Assembly (NCBI GenBank): GCA_038523235.1
Contig: JBCBJQ010000004.1
Location: 64,001-128,000 of the forward strand
Source of the DNA: Cyanobacteria bacterium J06626_4
Lineage (GTDB): Bacteria > Cyanobacteriota > Cyanobacteriia > Phormidesmidales > Phormidesmidaceae
Direction: 5' to 3'
DNA length: 64,000 nucleotides
A program made the translations under genes and the position numbers. A model generated the notes under the pieces. The model ran no database searches and was not told where the DNA came from. It worked only from the letters and a program-made list of their open reading frames with translations. Below, piece by piece: positions 53,955-64,000 of this stretch. The first letter of the stretch is position 1. Each line of letters begins with the position of its first letter.

Positions 53955-54779
53955 ATGTTTGTCGTCCGGCGATGGTGGAACCAATATGCCCTCAAGACAG
54001 GGTTGGTGGCCTTGATGGTGGTCGCCGCTTTGGGGATGCGAGAGACTGGTGGCGCGGCCATTTATGAGCTATATCGCTGGGCGACGAGTCCGTTTCATCC
54101 CGGCCCTTCACGCGCCGCGATGTTGCAGTCAAGCTATGCCCAAGAATTGCAGCAGCGTTTAGTTGAGCTGGAAAGCCAAAATCGTTCGCTCCGACAAGTG
54201 GTGGAAGGGGACGCGGCCCCGTTAGCCGCTGGCACGCCCGCCGCCGTCATTGGCCGCAGCGCCGGGGACTGGTGGCAGCAAATCATCATTAGTCGTGGCA
54301 GCAGCGACGGCATTGATGCCGATGACATCGTGACCGGGCCGGGTGGCCTAATCGGTCGTGTGGTGGCCGTTTCACCCAACAGCAGTCGCGTTTTGCTGGT
54401 GAGTGACCCCACCAGCCGCGTCGGGGCACGGGTGAGCCGCAGCCGCGCTACGGGCTACATTCGGGGCGAGATGGGGCAGCAGGTGGTGATGGAGTTTTTC
54501 GACAAAATACCAGATGTCAACGTCGGTGATGTCGTGACGACGTCTGCTTACAGTCAGCTGTTTCCTCAAGATATTCCCATTGGCCGCGTGGTTGATCTCG
54601 ATTTGTCCAAGAGTCCGGCTCCTGAGGTGACGGTCGAGTTAACGTCGCCCCTCAATATTGTGGAATGGGTGACGGTGATTCCCTTTGAACCCAAGTCGGT
54701 TGAGCTCCCAGCGGTAGATGCGCCCGCTTCGCAGGAAATTATTCCTAACCGAGAAGCAGAGGATAATCTCACCCCATGA
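53955..54779 (+). CDS. mreC: Rod shape-determining protein MreC
   Basis: N-terminal TM and coiled coil, GLIGRV, FPQDIPIGRV; follows mreB. Confidence 0.94.
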   Translation: MFVVRRWWNQYALKTGLVALMVVAALGMRETGGAAIYELYRWATSPFHPGPSRAAMLQSSYAQELQQRLVELESQNRSLRQVVEGDAAPLAAGTPAAVIGRSAGDWWQQIIISRGSSDGIDADDIVTGPGGLIGRVVAVSPNSSRVLLVSDPTSRVGARVSRSRATGYIRGEMGQQVVMEFFDKIPDVNVGDVVTTSAYSQLFPQDIPIGRVVDLDLSKSPAPEVTVELTSPLNIVEWVTVIPFEPKSVELPAVDAPASQEIIPNREAEDNLTP

Positions 54780-55360
54780 CTCCGGCCCGATCCAGTAGTC
54801 TGGCGCAGCGCCGCCGCTATCGATGGCTCAATCTTGCTGTGGTCATCGGCTCTGCTTTGATCTGCGTCATGCTGCTACCGATGCGTCTGCCGGGCATGGT
54901 GTTGCTGAGTGTGGGGCCGAGCTGGCTCTTGATTTGGCTGGTGGCCTGGAGCGTGCAGCGCACGAGTGTCGAAGGCGCGATCGCGGGCTTTATTTTGGGG
55001 CTCGTGCAGGATGGATTGACCGGCTATTTTCCCACCCATACTCTGGGGCTCACCCTGGCGGGTTTTTTAACGGCCCGCATTCAAAAACAGCGCTTCATTC
55101 AAGAAGATTTTGTCTCGGTGGCGATCATCGTGTTTGCCATGACGGTCATTGCCCAGACCATGATGGCCCTGCAAATCAGTGCCCACCAGCTGATCAGCAG
55201 CAGCTCGCCCTATCCCAGCCTGCCGGAGATTTGGCTACAGCATCAGCGCATCGCCCTCAGCTCAGCTATTTTGAGCAGTCTTTGGGCACCCGCCGTTTAT
55301 TACCCGTTAAGCCGCTGGTGGGCGCACTATGAGCAGGTGATGACGCCACCCGGCGGCTAG
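54776..55360 (+). CDS. mreD: Rod shape-determining protein MreD
   Basis: Hydrophobic protein with GLVQDGLT; its start overlaps the mreC stop (ATGA). Confidence 0.9.
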   Translation: MTPARSSSLAQRRRYRWLNLAVVIGSALICVMLLPMRLPGMVLLSVGPSWLLIWLVAWSVQRTSVEGAIAGFILGLVQDGLTGYFPTHTLGLTLAGFLTARIQKQRFIQEDFVSVAIIVFAMTVIAQTMMALQISAHQLISSSSPYPSLPEIWLQHQRIALSSAILSSLWAPAVYYPLSRWWAHYEQVMTPPGG

Positions 55361-55481
55361 CTGCTGTTTGCCCAGACATTCCTGCATTATTCTCTGTCAG
55401 CCTCTGATGGATGTTGAGAGTATGGTCGCAGCGACAGGGAAATCACCCTGATAGAGCGTTGCTCAAAGATCGCAGCCGCGA

Positions 55482-55514
55482 TCGTCGGGGTGGGGCTTGC
55501 CCCACCCCCGACGA
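55482..55514. repeat. GC-rich REP-like palindrome
   Basis: TCGTCGGGGTGGGGC-TT-GCCCCACCCCCGACGA forms a 15-bp stem with one bulge and has no adjacent T run. Confidence 0.6.
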
Positions 55515-55714
55515 CAGAGAACTGTACGTTTTGGGGATATAGCAAGCTGTAGTTAGGTTTGGCCGCTTTCAATCGCCAGATCACTTTCTGTAAGGCCCTT
55601 CCCTGCACCTGGAACCCGGCACCTTGCTACCCTCTGCCATATCACCTAAGTGCCGACCCCTCTTCTAAACGCCGACCCCTCAAATCAGACGATTGAGCCG
55701 GTAGCGCCTAGCCC

Positions 55715-57250
55715 TCAATCACAAACGCCCAATTCTCGCCATCGCGGCAGCGTGGATTGCAAGAAAGTATTGGCTAGTGTTTGCGTGTAGGGCCGCAAAG
55801 CGTCGCGACTGGTCAGCGGCTGGCCGTTTTGAGTCAACCCTTTGCCCAGCGCAATTAAGCGTTCGGTTAGCGCCGCACCCAAGGCATCGGCGGCAATTTG
55901 TGGCTGTTCAAAAGTTTCGGCCAAAAACATCAGATCGACATCACTCACCGTCAGCACGTGGCCTAGGTTGCTGGCGATCGCAAACCGATAAGGGGCACCC
56001 TGGGCCGTGGCGATCGCGATCTCGCGGTTCAGGGCCAGGGCCGGGGCCCGATCAGCCGGGGGACAAAACAAGGTGATATGCCCTGCGTTCAGCATCAGGG
56101 ACAGCGCTTGCATCAGATCGCCCAGCCCTAAGGGCTTAGCCGTCGCGACCTGCATCAAATCTGCCGCTGATTTCGGCCCGGTCGCCAGCGCGTCGTAAAA
56201 TAGGGTGTAGACTTCCGATTTGCCTTTGAGTTCGCCAATCGACGTTTTGAATTTCAGCTCGCTGGTGTCAGCGGGGCGACTGACTAAGGCAAACTGCTGT
56301 TGCAAGAGGGCTTCTTGACGCTGCACTGACCAGAGGGGGGCTGCCCCGCGACTAAAGACATCCCGCCGGAAGCTCTGGTTGGTCAACACATCGATCATGA
56401 CCTCTTGCACAGTCGGGTCAGGATATTCCTGCAAAATGTCTTTGAAGGCTTGCGGCATAAAATTGGTGAGATACAGATCGCCTAGACTAGCTGTGCCCAC
56501 GTAGCTCAGCTTGGCCGGCCTGACCTCTTCGACCACCTGGTTAAACCAGCGCGGATGCCAGTTGTCGTGCAGATATTCCTGGACCAGGTAGGCGCGATCG
56601 CGGGTGGCCACCTTCTCCAGCATTGATTTCATGCCTGGCAAGAGCTTGGTCATGCCCGCTTGAGCCTCGGTCAGCGCCTGCAGGCGGCTAATCCCCGTTT
56701 CAATCGCCTTGACCGACTCTAGACTGTCGGTCGTTTGCCAGAGCCGCATCAAGTGTTGAATGGGGTAAGACGAAATCCATGCCGGTAGCGTGTTGTAGCT
56801 GAGATAGACCAAAGCTCCCGGCGTCGCAGCTCGGTCAATGGCCGTGACGATCGCCTCACACACATCGTGGCTCAGCCAGGAATAAATGCCGTGAGCAGTA
56901 ATGTAGTCAAACTGTCCCCAGTCCGCAGGCCATGACTGCGCCACCGCCAAAAAGTCAGCTTCCTCAAAGCGTACATTTGTTAGCCCCGCTGCCGTAGCTA
57001 GGCTGCGGGCGTGGGTAATGTGCACGGGGTTAAAGTCGATACCCAAAAAATCATGGTCAGGATACAGCGCCGCTAGCAGCGTCAGTCCGTAGCCTTGGCC
57101 GCACCCAAGTTCTAGATAACGCCAGGCCCCGCTAGGCGGCATCACCCCTTTGGTTAGCGCCACGTAATCTAACCATTCCGGGCTGATTTCACGATAGTAG
57201 CCAAAGGTGTAACCCAGATCAGTGTTGTAACCAGAAGACCAGGTAGACAT
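55715..57250 (-). CDS. Class I SAM-dependent methyltransferase with methyltransferase-regulatory domain
   Basis: GYNTDLGYTFGYY N-terminus, YLELGCGQG, FDYITAHGIYSW, YLSYNTLP, YLVQEYL and NQSFRRD motifs. Confidence 0.85.
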   Translation of the reverse strand: MSTWSSGYNTDLGYTFGYYREISPEWLDYVALTKGVMPPSGAWRYLELGCGQGYGLTLLAALYPDHDFLGIDFNPVHITHARSLATAAGLTNVRFEEADFLAVAQSWPADWGQFDYITAHGIYSWLSHDVCEAIVTAIDRAATPGALVYLSYNTLPAWISSYPIQHLMRLWQTTDSLESVKAIETGISRLQALTEAQAGMTKLLPGMKSMLEKVATRDRAYLVQEYLHDNWHPRWFNQVVEEVRPAKLSYVGTASLGDLYLTNFMPQAFKDILQEYPDPTVQEVMIDVLTNQSFRRDVFSRGAAPLWSVQRQEALLQQQFALVSRPADTSELKFKTSIGELKGKSEVYTLFYDALATGPKSAADLMQVATAKPLGLGDLMQALSLMLNAGHITLFCPPADRAPALALNREIAIATAQGAPYRFAIASNLGHVLTVSDVDLMFLAETFEQPQIAADALGAALTERLIALGKGLTQNGQPLTSRDALRPYTQTLANTFLQSTLPRWRELGVCD

Positions 57251-57654
57251 AAACAGCGCGTCTCATTCATTCAGCAAGTCACCATAGTTATAAGGCTGAA
57301 TCGAAAAGCTGCAACCCCGAATTGGTGGCAAGGGTCGAAGTCGCCATGAACTCAGTCAGCCCCCAGCCTCACCAGTCAGCGCCTCAGACGCAGGCACCAA
57401 CCGACTGCCGTCGGACGGAAAGGCAAAAAGATTTCCAGGACAGAACAGTTGCTGTCAGAGTTGGGCACTGCCACCCCACTGGGATGACGAACGCCATGGT
57501 TGCAGAAGGATGCTGGACTGCTGCTACCGGGTCTCTGAGGCAAAGCTATCCATCCGAACTCCTGTCCCCAGGCCTCGATGTTTTCAGGAGGGCGTTGGGC
57601 GTCCGAACAATCGGGATGTGTGCAGACATTGAGTCGTTTTAGCCTACGGCAGTT

Positions 57655-58338
57655 TTAGCCTGCGACCTGACCCGCTGAGAGATTGTTCAGAGTGGCAAAT
57701 AGATTTTCAACCTGGGTCAAACATTTATTGCCTGGGCTCAGCTCCACACCGCTAGAGAGGTCAATGCCTTGAGGGGATAGTTGGGTTAAGGCCGTCTCAA
57801 TATTGTCGGGCGTGAGTCCCCCAGCCAAAATCCACGGAATCGCGGGCTGAAAGGTTTGCAGTGATCGCCAATCGAGCGTCTCACCCGTGCCGCCCAGCCG
57901 ATCGGGATGATAGGCATCCAACAAAATCGCATCGACGATCGCCTCATAGGACGGCACTGCCGCGAGGTCAGCCTCAGACCGAATGCGTAGCGCTTTAATC
58001 ACCTTGAGCTGAGGAAACGTCTGCCGTACTTGCTGACACCTGGCAGGCGTTTCTTGGCCGTGCAGCTGTAGGGCGGTGAGTTGTCCTGTCGTGATCGCCG
58101 TCTCTAACTCTGCGGACGTCGCATTCACAAAAACGCCGACTCGTTCCACCCGAGAAAGAGAGGCCGCGATGAGGGCCTGACTCATCGCTCGGATTTGCAG
58201 CGGCGTCACATAGCGAGGGGAAGACCGCACACCGATAAATCCCAGTGCACTGGCTCCCTGGCGGGCGATCGCGACCGCCTGCTCGGGAATCATCAGGCCA
58301 CAAATCTTTATCCAAAGAGAAGAATCTACACAAGACAT
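57655..58338 (-). CDS. trpF: Phosphoribosylanthranilate isomerase
   Basis: IKICG, QLHGQE, LLDAY...GGTGETLDW, LAGGLTPDN and DLSSGVE motifs. Confidence 0.96.
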   Translation of the reverse strand: MSCVDSSLWIKICGLMIPEQAVAIARQGASALGFIGVRSSPRYVTPLQIRAMSQALIAASLSRVERVGVFVNATSAELETAITTGQLTALQLHGQETPARCQQVRQTFPQLKVIKALRIRSEADLAAVPSYEAIVDAILLDAYHPDRLGGTGETLDWRSLQTFQPAIPWILAGGLTPDNIETALTQLSPQGIDLSSGVELSPGNKCLTQVENLFATLNNLSAGQVAG

Positions 58339-58437
58339 CTCTACCCTGTTAACTCTGTTAAACAATCTGCCGATCTCGATTCTACGGTTCCCTATGATCC
58401 GGGGGTGAAATAACTCTATATTTTGGAGGCCGTACCC

Positions 58438-58713
58438 TTGGTCGCTTCTTTTGCTGCTTTGCTGGCTCAGACTGCCCCCTCAACTCCAGCGTGGTCGTTT
58501 CAAACCGCATTGATCATGATCACCTGCAATCTCTTTGTGATTGCGATCGGGCGCTATGCCATTCAAAAGCCTGGGGCGGGGCCCGCGCTGCCTTTCACCT
58601 TGCCTGGTTTGTTTGAGGGTTTCGGCCTGCCTGAACTGTTGGCCACAGCGAGTCTTGGTCACATTCTCGGCGCTGGCATGATCTTAGGCTTAGGTAGTGC
58701 GGGTCTCTTGTGA
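58438..58713 (+). CDS. psaK: Photosystem I subunit PsaK
   Basis: Two TMs and ELLATASLGHILGAGMILGL. TTG at 58438 is preceded by GGAGG (alternative start 58423). Confidence 0.93.
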   Translation: MVASFAALLAQTAPSTPAWSFQTALIMITCNLFVIAIGRYAIQKPGAGPALPFTLPGLFEGFGLPELLATASLGHILGAGMILGLGSAGLL

Positions 58714-58877
58714 TCGAGCTGGGTCTCGTTCTCGTCCGGTCTGACTGGCCGGATATCTCCCCCTTGATGCCTCGGTGCTCAACCGTTGGCCCGCCCCATT
58801 TACCTGACTACAATGGAAACTGTCTCTAGAAACTTGGGTTTTTAGAGGCTGCTTATTGACTTTCAGTGACTTAAATT

Positions 58878-60077
58878 ATGCGGTCTGGATGGCGCGTTGG
58901 CTCCATTTTAGGAATTCCTCTTTACCTTGACACCTCTTGGTTTGTCATCGTTTTGCTGGTGACGTTTGTCTACGGCAGTAACCCCCTGTGGCAAGAGCAG
59001 TGGGGGGATGGCTCGTGGCTGATCGGTCTGGCCATGGCCCTGCTCCTCTTTGGCTCGGTGCTGTTGCATGAGTTAGGTCATAGCCTCGTCGCCCAATCGC
59101 AAGGGATTCAGGTCAATTCCATCACGTTATTTTTGTTTGGCGGTATCGCCGCGATCGATCAAGAATCAAAAACCCCCGGTCAAGCTTTTCAAGTGGCGAT
59201 CGCGGGGCCCGCCGTGAGTTTGAGCCTGTACTTTTTATTGACCCTCTGCATTACTGTGCTGTCACTGCCAGGGCCGTTGGCAGTGCTGTTTGCCAGCGTG
59301 GCGCAGATTAACTTGGTGCTGACTGTCTTTAACCTGATTCCGGGCTTGCCCTTAGATGGGGGGCAGGTGCTCAAGGCCGCCGTTTGGAAGTTGACCGATA
59401 GCCGCATTAAAGGCATCCGCTGGGCCGCTAGAACGGGCCAAATTTTGGGCTGGACAGCGGTTGGTGGCGGACTGCTAATTTATTTAGCCCAGCCTAGCCT
59501 CGATTTAATTTGGATTGTGCTAATCGGCGGGTTTGCCATTCGCAATGCTGCCAATTATGGTCGCATTGCTGACTTACAAGAGACGCTGTCTGAACTGACT
59601 GCCGCCGATGCCATGGCGCGCGACTTTCGGGTGCTTGATGCGAACCTGACATTGCGTCAGTTTGCTGATGAATATCTGCTGCAAAGCACGCGGGCTCCTT
59701 TATATTTCGCAGCCTCTGATGGTCGCTATCGTGGCCTTGTCAAAATTGAAGATGTGCGAGATATCGAACGTAGTGAATGGGAAAGCCGCACCCTGCAGTC
59801 GATTGCTCGTCCGCTGACTGCCGTGACCAATGTGCGAGAAACCACCCCTCTGGTGGAGGTGATTGCCGCTCTTGAAGCCCAAGAGACGGCGCGCCTTGTG
59901 GTGCTGACACCCGCCGATGCCGTCGCTGGTGTGATTGATCGAGGTGAGGTCGTACGCGCCTTGGGTAAAAAAATGAACCTGTCGATTTCGGATGCGGTAA
60001 TTCAGCGCATTAAAGACGAAGGAGAATATCCGCCGGGCTTGAAGCTGTCGTCGCTAGCTAAGGGCCTGCAGGAATAG
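58878..60077 (+). CDS. Site-2 protease (M50) with CBS domains
   Basis: HELGH, AGPAVS and FNLIPGLPLDGG motifs, with a C-terminal CBS pair. Confidence 0.93.
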   Translation: MRSGWRVGSILGIPLYLDTSWFVIVLLVTFVYGSNPLWQEQWGDGSWLIGLAMALLLFGSVLLHELGHSLVAQSQGIQVNSITLFLFGGIAAIDQESKTPGQAFQVAIAGPAVSLSLYFLLTLCITVLSLPGPLAVLFASVAQINLVLTVFNLIPGLPLDGGQVLKAAVWKLTDSRIKGIRWAARTGQILGWTAVGGGLLIYLAQPSLDLIWIVLIGGFAIRNAANYGRIADLQETLSELTAADAMARDFRVLDANLTLRQFADEYLLQSTRAPLYFAASDGRYRGLVKIEDVRDIERSEWESRTLQSIARPLTAVTNVRETTPLVEVIAALEAQETARLVVLTPADAVAGVIDRGEVVRALGKKMNLSISDAVIQRIKDEGEYPPGLKLSSLAKGLQE

Positions 60078-60825
60078 TAAACTGCGCGGCTTTGCCTGCG
60101 ATCTGAGCCTGTTCGTTTGGGCTCAACGGCTGAGTGACAAAGCGAACGTTCAGCGAGCGCGCCAGTTCTTCAACCATCGCGGCTGACAGCTGAGCGAGCC
60201 AATCCTCATCCACAGCCTGCGGAATCGCGACGGGCGGTGGCGCTGCGGATGAGGGCGCTTGACCAAAGACCTGAGCCGATAGGGCGGCATCTGGCCACAG
60301 CCGCAGAGAGCCGTGCTGTAGCAGGTAGCGATCGCGCCGCAGTTGGGCACTGCCAATCAGTTTGTAACCGGTGGGGGTAATCAAGTCTGCCGCTGTTGCC
60401 AAAGCAAAGCAGTTGGCCTGATGGCGATAGCTGCCGCCAGCGCGGCCATAGTCGAGCGCGACGTCGAATCGCTGCCAGGCGGCGATCAGCGCATCACAGA
60501 TTTGTCGATAGGCAGAGTCACGACTGCCCGTCATGGGTAGGGCGATCGCATAGGTTAAATCGCCCTGGTGCATCACCGCCCGCCCCCCCGAAGGTCGTCG
60601 CACCAAATCAACCGATTGCCCGTTGAAGCTGAGCGATTGCCAGTGTTGCGGCCAGTCTTTTTGGTGATAGCCCAGGGAAACGGCGACGGGGTGCCAGCGA
60701 TAAAATCGCAGCGTGGGCGCTTGCTGGTCCGCGATGAGCTGCTCTAACAGCAATGTATCGAGGGCCATTTGTTTAGGCCCAGAGGCTACTATTTCTGGAA
60801 TAAATCGCCAAGGCTGCTGCGTCAA
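60058..60825 (-). CDS. Lipoate-protein ligase A family protein
   Basis: LRFYRW, SLGYHQ, RRPSGGRAVMH, KLIGSAQ and LQHGS motifs. Confidence 0.9.
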   Translation of the reverse strand: MTQQPWRFIPEIVASGPKQMALDTLLLEQLIADQQAPTLRFYRWHPVAVSLGYHQKDWPQHWQSLSFNGQSVDLVRRPSGGRAVMHQGDLTYAIALPMTGSRDSAYRQICDALIAAWQRFDVALDYGRAGGSYRHQANCFALATAADLITPTGYKLIGSAQLRRDRYLLQHGSLRLWPDAALSAQVFGQAPSSAAPPPVAIPQAVDEDWLAQLSAAMVEELARSLNVRFVTQPLSPNEQAQIAGKAAQFTIPAGP

Positions 60826-60893
60826 CTTGAGGCCAACCTCACGTGAGGCTAATGATTGATCCCGCCATCTAGGTGCATCGACACCCTGACTGT

Positions 60894-61370
60894 TTATGCG
60901 CCGTACTCGGCCTGCAGCGCTTCGTCATTGTCATCGGCAATCGTCGCCACAATGGTCATCAAGCGCGAAATTTCGCCTGCAGAAATGTCTGCTAGTGGGC
61001 GGCTGGCCAGCACTACTACTTGCTCACCCAGAATCCCAAAGCAAGATTCAAAGGTTTCGCCGCAGTTCATTTCCAAAATATGCCGCATCAGTTTGGGCTC
61101 ATCTTTTGCCGGCAGACTCAACACCGGCGACCACACGGTCAAAATATCTTCGTCACTCGTGCCCGTGAGTTGAACGTAAACCTCAACACTCCCGTAGGCA
61201 AACTTCCAAAAGGTGCCCTGCTCGGTGTGGCTCACCATGGCACTCTGGTCTTGCTCGAGACTCGCAATCACCGTCTCGATAATTTCTAGATAGTTTGACA
61301 TCACGGTTTCCTCACTTTTATCCCCATCTAAGGTTCCCAGGGCGGCGATATCGAGTGGTGTCGAGGTCAT
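60894..61370 (-). CDS. YbjN/CesT-like domain protein
   Basis: WKFAYGSVEVYV, LEMN..TFE and EISRLMTIVATIADDND blocks. Start is at 61370 or 61397. Confidence 0.8.
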   Translation of the reverse strand: MTSTPLDIAALGTLDGDKSEETVMSNYLEIIETVIASLEQDQSAMVSHTEQGTFWKFAYGSVEVYVQLTGTSDEDILTVWSPVLSLPAKDEPKLMRHILEMNCGETFESCFGILGEQVVVLASRPLADISAGEISRLMTIVATIADDNDEALQAEYGA

Positions 61371-61681
61371 GGTCAAGGCTACATATACACTGCTCATCCA
61401 AATCTAACCGTTGCTCTGCCGATAGCAAAGGGTGCGGCTAGATTTTCTTAACTTCGATGAGAGGGAGATCGCGCAGCCAAACGACTACAGATTCTGAGCA
61501 GTCAAACTCTGACAATACAGGTTCATCGATTGACTGAAGCTTGAACTCTCACCGCCTCCATCCCAGTTCACTGGCTGTCGATGCTCAACGATGCTCAGGC
61601 TACTCTTCATCGCGACAGCACAAATCAGTCGCAGTCGTGCTTTGACTCCTGCGACTGATTTATCGAGACCTCCGCCCATGT

Positions 61682-62773
61682 CTAGGCGGCTGGCTTATGG
61701 GCTACCCAATACTTGCTGACAAAATGTACTTCTGTCGCCACATCGATAAACCCGGCTTGAGTTAGGCGATCGCCCAAATTATCGTAGGTGTAGTCGCGAT
61801 AGTAAGGCTCGTGGAACAGGGCCGGAAAGTTGATCATCATCGGTTCCAGCTCCGGCGTATCGATCATTTGGATTGAATCGCAGATGATCAGAGAGCCTCC
61901 GGGCTTGGTGACCCGATAGGCCTCGTCAATGATTTGCTGACGCACCGGCGCTGGTAGCTCATGAAAGAGGAAGACACAGGTCAACGCATCAAAGAAGTTG
62001 TCGCGGTAAGGCATATCTTCGGCCTGGCCCTGCACCAGTTGAGGCAGCGTTCCAGGTGTTTCTGACAATAGCTGGTTGGCTTTGCGCAGATAAGCCGGTG
62101 ACAGGTCAATACCAAACAGCGAAACCTGAGGAAAGACTTCTCTCAGCATCTTGAGAGTGCGAGCGGTACCACAGGCGACATCGAGCACCTTGAGCGGTTC
62201 AGTAGGGCGCTCAGGCCGGTCTTGAAGGGTGGTGGCAACGGCTTGCTTCACTGACAAGGCCTGTCTCAGTGGTGCTAAGATGCGCCGCCGCATGGCATCA
62301 GCCGTGCCCCCGAAGAGGATCTCGACCTGCGTGTCGTACAGGTTGGCAGACAGATCCGTCAAATAGCCGTTGGTTTGATGATGAAAATTGCGGAGATAGT
62401 AGCGAGGAAACATCGACGTATCGATGTCTTTGTCAAAGTTGTAGACATCATCGGCTTCGACGCGATCCCACATGGCGGGGAGGTCGAGCCAGATAGCGGG
62501 GTAATACTGAAAAAAGTCAGCCCAGGGGTTGTCAAATAAAAGACTTGTGGAATAGACCCCAGCTTCGGCATCTTGCCAATCAATCTCCAGCAAGGCATCA
62601 CGGCGACGAGTAATTTCTTCTAAAAACTCTGGCGTAATGGAATCGATTTCAATTTTGATTCCGGGTCTTAGCCACTGGCGGAGCTGCGTTGCGATCGCTT
62701 TGTGACCTAAACCAAAATAGTTTTTTCCGTCTTGGAAGGCTTGATAAGCCAGCTTTGTCAGTGTGTCAGGCAT
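61682..62773 (-). CDS. Class I SAM-dependent methyltransferase (cyanobacterial family)
   Basis: YYLRNFHHQTNGYL, VLDVACGT, GIDLSPAYL and VFLFHELP motifs. Confidence 0.9.
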   Translation of the reverse strand: MPDTLTKLAYQAFQDGKNYFGLGHKAIATQLRQWLRPGIKIEIDSITPEFLEEITRRRDALLEIDWQDAEAGVYSTSLLFDNPWADFFQYYPAIWLDLPAMWDRVEADDVYNFDKDIDTSMFPRYYLRNFHHQTNGYLTDLSANLYDTQVEILFGGTADAMRRRILAPLRQALSVKQAVATTLQDRPERPTEPLKVLDVACGTARTLKMLREVFPQVSLFGIDLSPAYLRKANQLLSETPGTLPQLVQGQAEDMPYRDNFFDALTCVFLFHELPAPVRQQIIDEAYRVTKPGGSLIICDSIQMIDTPELEPMMINFPALFHEPYYRDYTYDNLGDRLTQAGFIDVATEVHFVSKYWVAHKPAA

Positions 62774-63344
62774 CAGAATTAACGCGAAGTGAGCATCAGC
62801 ATGAGGGTTAATATTATGAAGTGTAACGAAAATTGAGAGGCACAACCGCTGAGCGATTGCCTTTTTGCTGAAAGCGCATCAACCCGTCGCCGCTGCTCGC
62901 GTGGTTAGTTTGCAACGTAGCTAAACCAGGGTGATTCAGAGGCGCTTTACCGATCACGAGGCAGACTGGGGTTTGATCGCTGTCGCCTGCTGTCACTAAG
63001 GGCTTGAGCACTGACTAGGCATCGGCGTGGCCGAGCGAGCGCCCGGCAATAGCGCTCAATTATGTTGCGAAATATTTCGGAATGTAAAATACCAAGGGTA
63101 GTCCCTTCATCTTTGCCGGTCGAGTGACCGTGGCTGAATGACCGCGTGATAGACTGGCCCAGGAACCACTCAAAGGCTGACCAGGTAAGCTATCTGGCTA
63201 ACTTTGAGTAGGGTTTTTGGGCAAGGGAAATAGTTTTCTCATAATGCTTGCCTAAACGAGCATTTTATTAAAGGCGCGATCGCGGCTCTGCTGTTTCGGT
63301 AGACGGCGAAGGACTTTTTAGGACTGATTGGGAGAAGAACGTTC

Positions 63345-63854
63345 ATGCGGGATGCCGTCACGACATTGATCCGAAATTACGACTCAACGGGTCGTTATTT
63401 AGACCAAAATGCCCTTGATTCTTTGAAGACCTACTTCGATACGGGCATGGCTCGCGTCAAGGTGGCAACCATGATCAGCGCTAGCGCCGCTGAAATCGTC
63501 AAAGGGGCTGCTAGCCAACTCTTTGAAACGGTGCCTGAGCTGATTCGTCCTGGGGGCAACGCCTACACCACACGGCGGTATGCGGCCTGCCTGCGGGATA
63601 TGGACTACTACTTGCGCTATAGCAGCTACGCTTTGGTGGCAGGCGACTCGAACGTGCTCGATGAGCGCGTGCTGCAAGGGCTACGAGAAACCTACAACTC
63701 CCTCGGCGTGCCCATTGCGCCCACCGTCGTCGGCATCCAGATTATGAAAGAGATGGTCAAGGCCAAGGCATCAGATGCCGGGATTGAAGATGTCAGCTTT
63801 GTTGACCAGCCATTTGATCACATGCTGAGAGAACTCAGCGAGGTCAGTGTTTAG
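63345..63854 (+). CDS. apcF: Allophycocyanin beta-18 subunit
   Basis: 169 aa; MRDAVTTLIRNYD..GRYLD, PGGNAYTTRRYAACLRDMDYYLRY and C-terminal ELSE. Confidence 0.95.
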   Translation: MRDAVTTLIRNYDSTGRYLDQNALDSLKTYFDTGMARVKVATMISASAAEIVKGAASQLFETVPELIRPGGNAYTTRRYAACLRDMDYYLRYSSYALVAGDSNVLDERVLQGLRETYNSLGVPIAPTVVGIQIMKEMVKAKASDAGIEDVSFVDQPFDHMLRELSEVSV

Positions 63855-63893
63855 GCTTAAGACTTGATTGTTCCACTTGAGAAACTGGAATCG

Positions 63894-63922
63894 AGGGGTG
63901 CCGTCAGGCGCTCCTTTTTTTT
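63894..63922 (+). terminator. Intrinsic terminator after apcF
   Basis: AGGGGTGCC-gtca-GGCGCTCCT stem followed by a long T run. Confidence 0.85.
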
Positions 63923-64000
63923 GCTTGATCTGCAGTCCAGTGATCGCGATGAGGCCATGGTCGTTCATTCCCGCTGCGAAGGATTGATCAGTCTCTCCAT

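Noticed and set aside
57322..57642. 106-aa ORF or c-di-GMP riboswitch between the methyltransferase gene and trpF
   Set aside because: TTG start with no homology cues, and the GEMM consensus elements are not properly present.
58348..58364. TGTTAA repeat upstream of psaK as an HLR1 site
   Set aside because: The period is 9 rather than 10 bp and the half-sites match poorly.
60058..60077. 20-bp convergent overlap of the site-2 protease and lipoate ligase genes
   Set aside because: Short tail-to-tail overlaps are common, and there is no sign of a frameshift.

Overview
This window is a cyanobacterial chromosomal segment, shown by frequent HIP1 GCGATCGC octamers and by psaK, apcF, ndhH and crtP. 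A filamentous Leptolyngbya/Nodosilinea-like host is my inference only. It is mostly core genes: glyA (partial), crtP-crtB, a D-Ala-D-Ala dipeptidase, a REC-GAF-PP2C/RsbW-like pair, rsmH, ndhH, murC-murB, ctaCDE, a 1-Cys peroxiredoxin, pgl, nanE, desA-desB, a HerA-like ATPase, ppc, fni, ssb, mreBCD, trpF, psaK and apcF. It also has a cyanoexosortase B/Wza/Wzc envelope cluster, an Ada-AlkA/ogt/EamA operon and an SGNH-like/MBOAT pair. I saw no rRNA, tRNA, CRISPR array, transposase or prophage, and I cannot demonstrate a clearly new system. Best leads: (1) a 1060-aa protein with four tandem copies of an unnamed cytoplasmic domain, fused through a TM helix to an SGNH-type domain and coupled to an MBOAT; (2) an alkylation-repair operon that includes an exporter; (3) a Wzc lacking its Tyr cluster in the exosortase operon; (4) a GT2 lacking DXD. 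Smaller finds are a decayed DUF2330-like pseudogene, a MITE-like element, a REP-like hairpin and several HLR1-like sites. Family names come from motif recognition by eye, not database searches.
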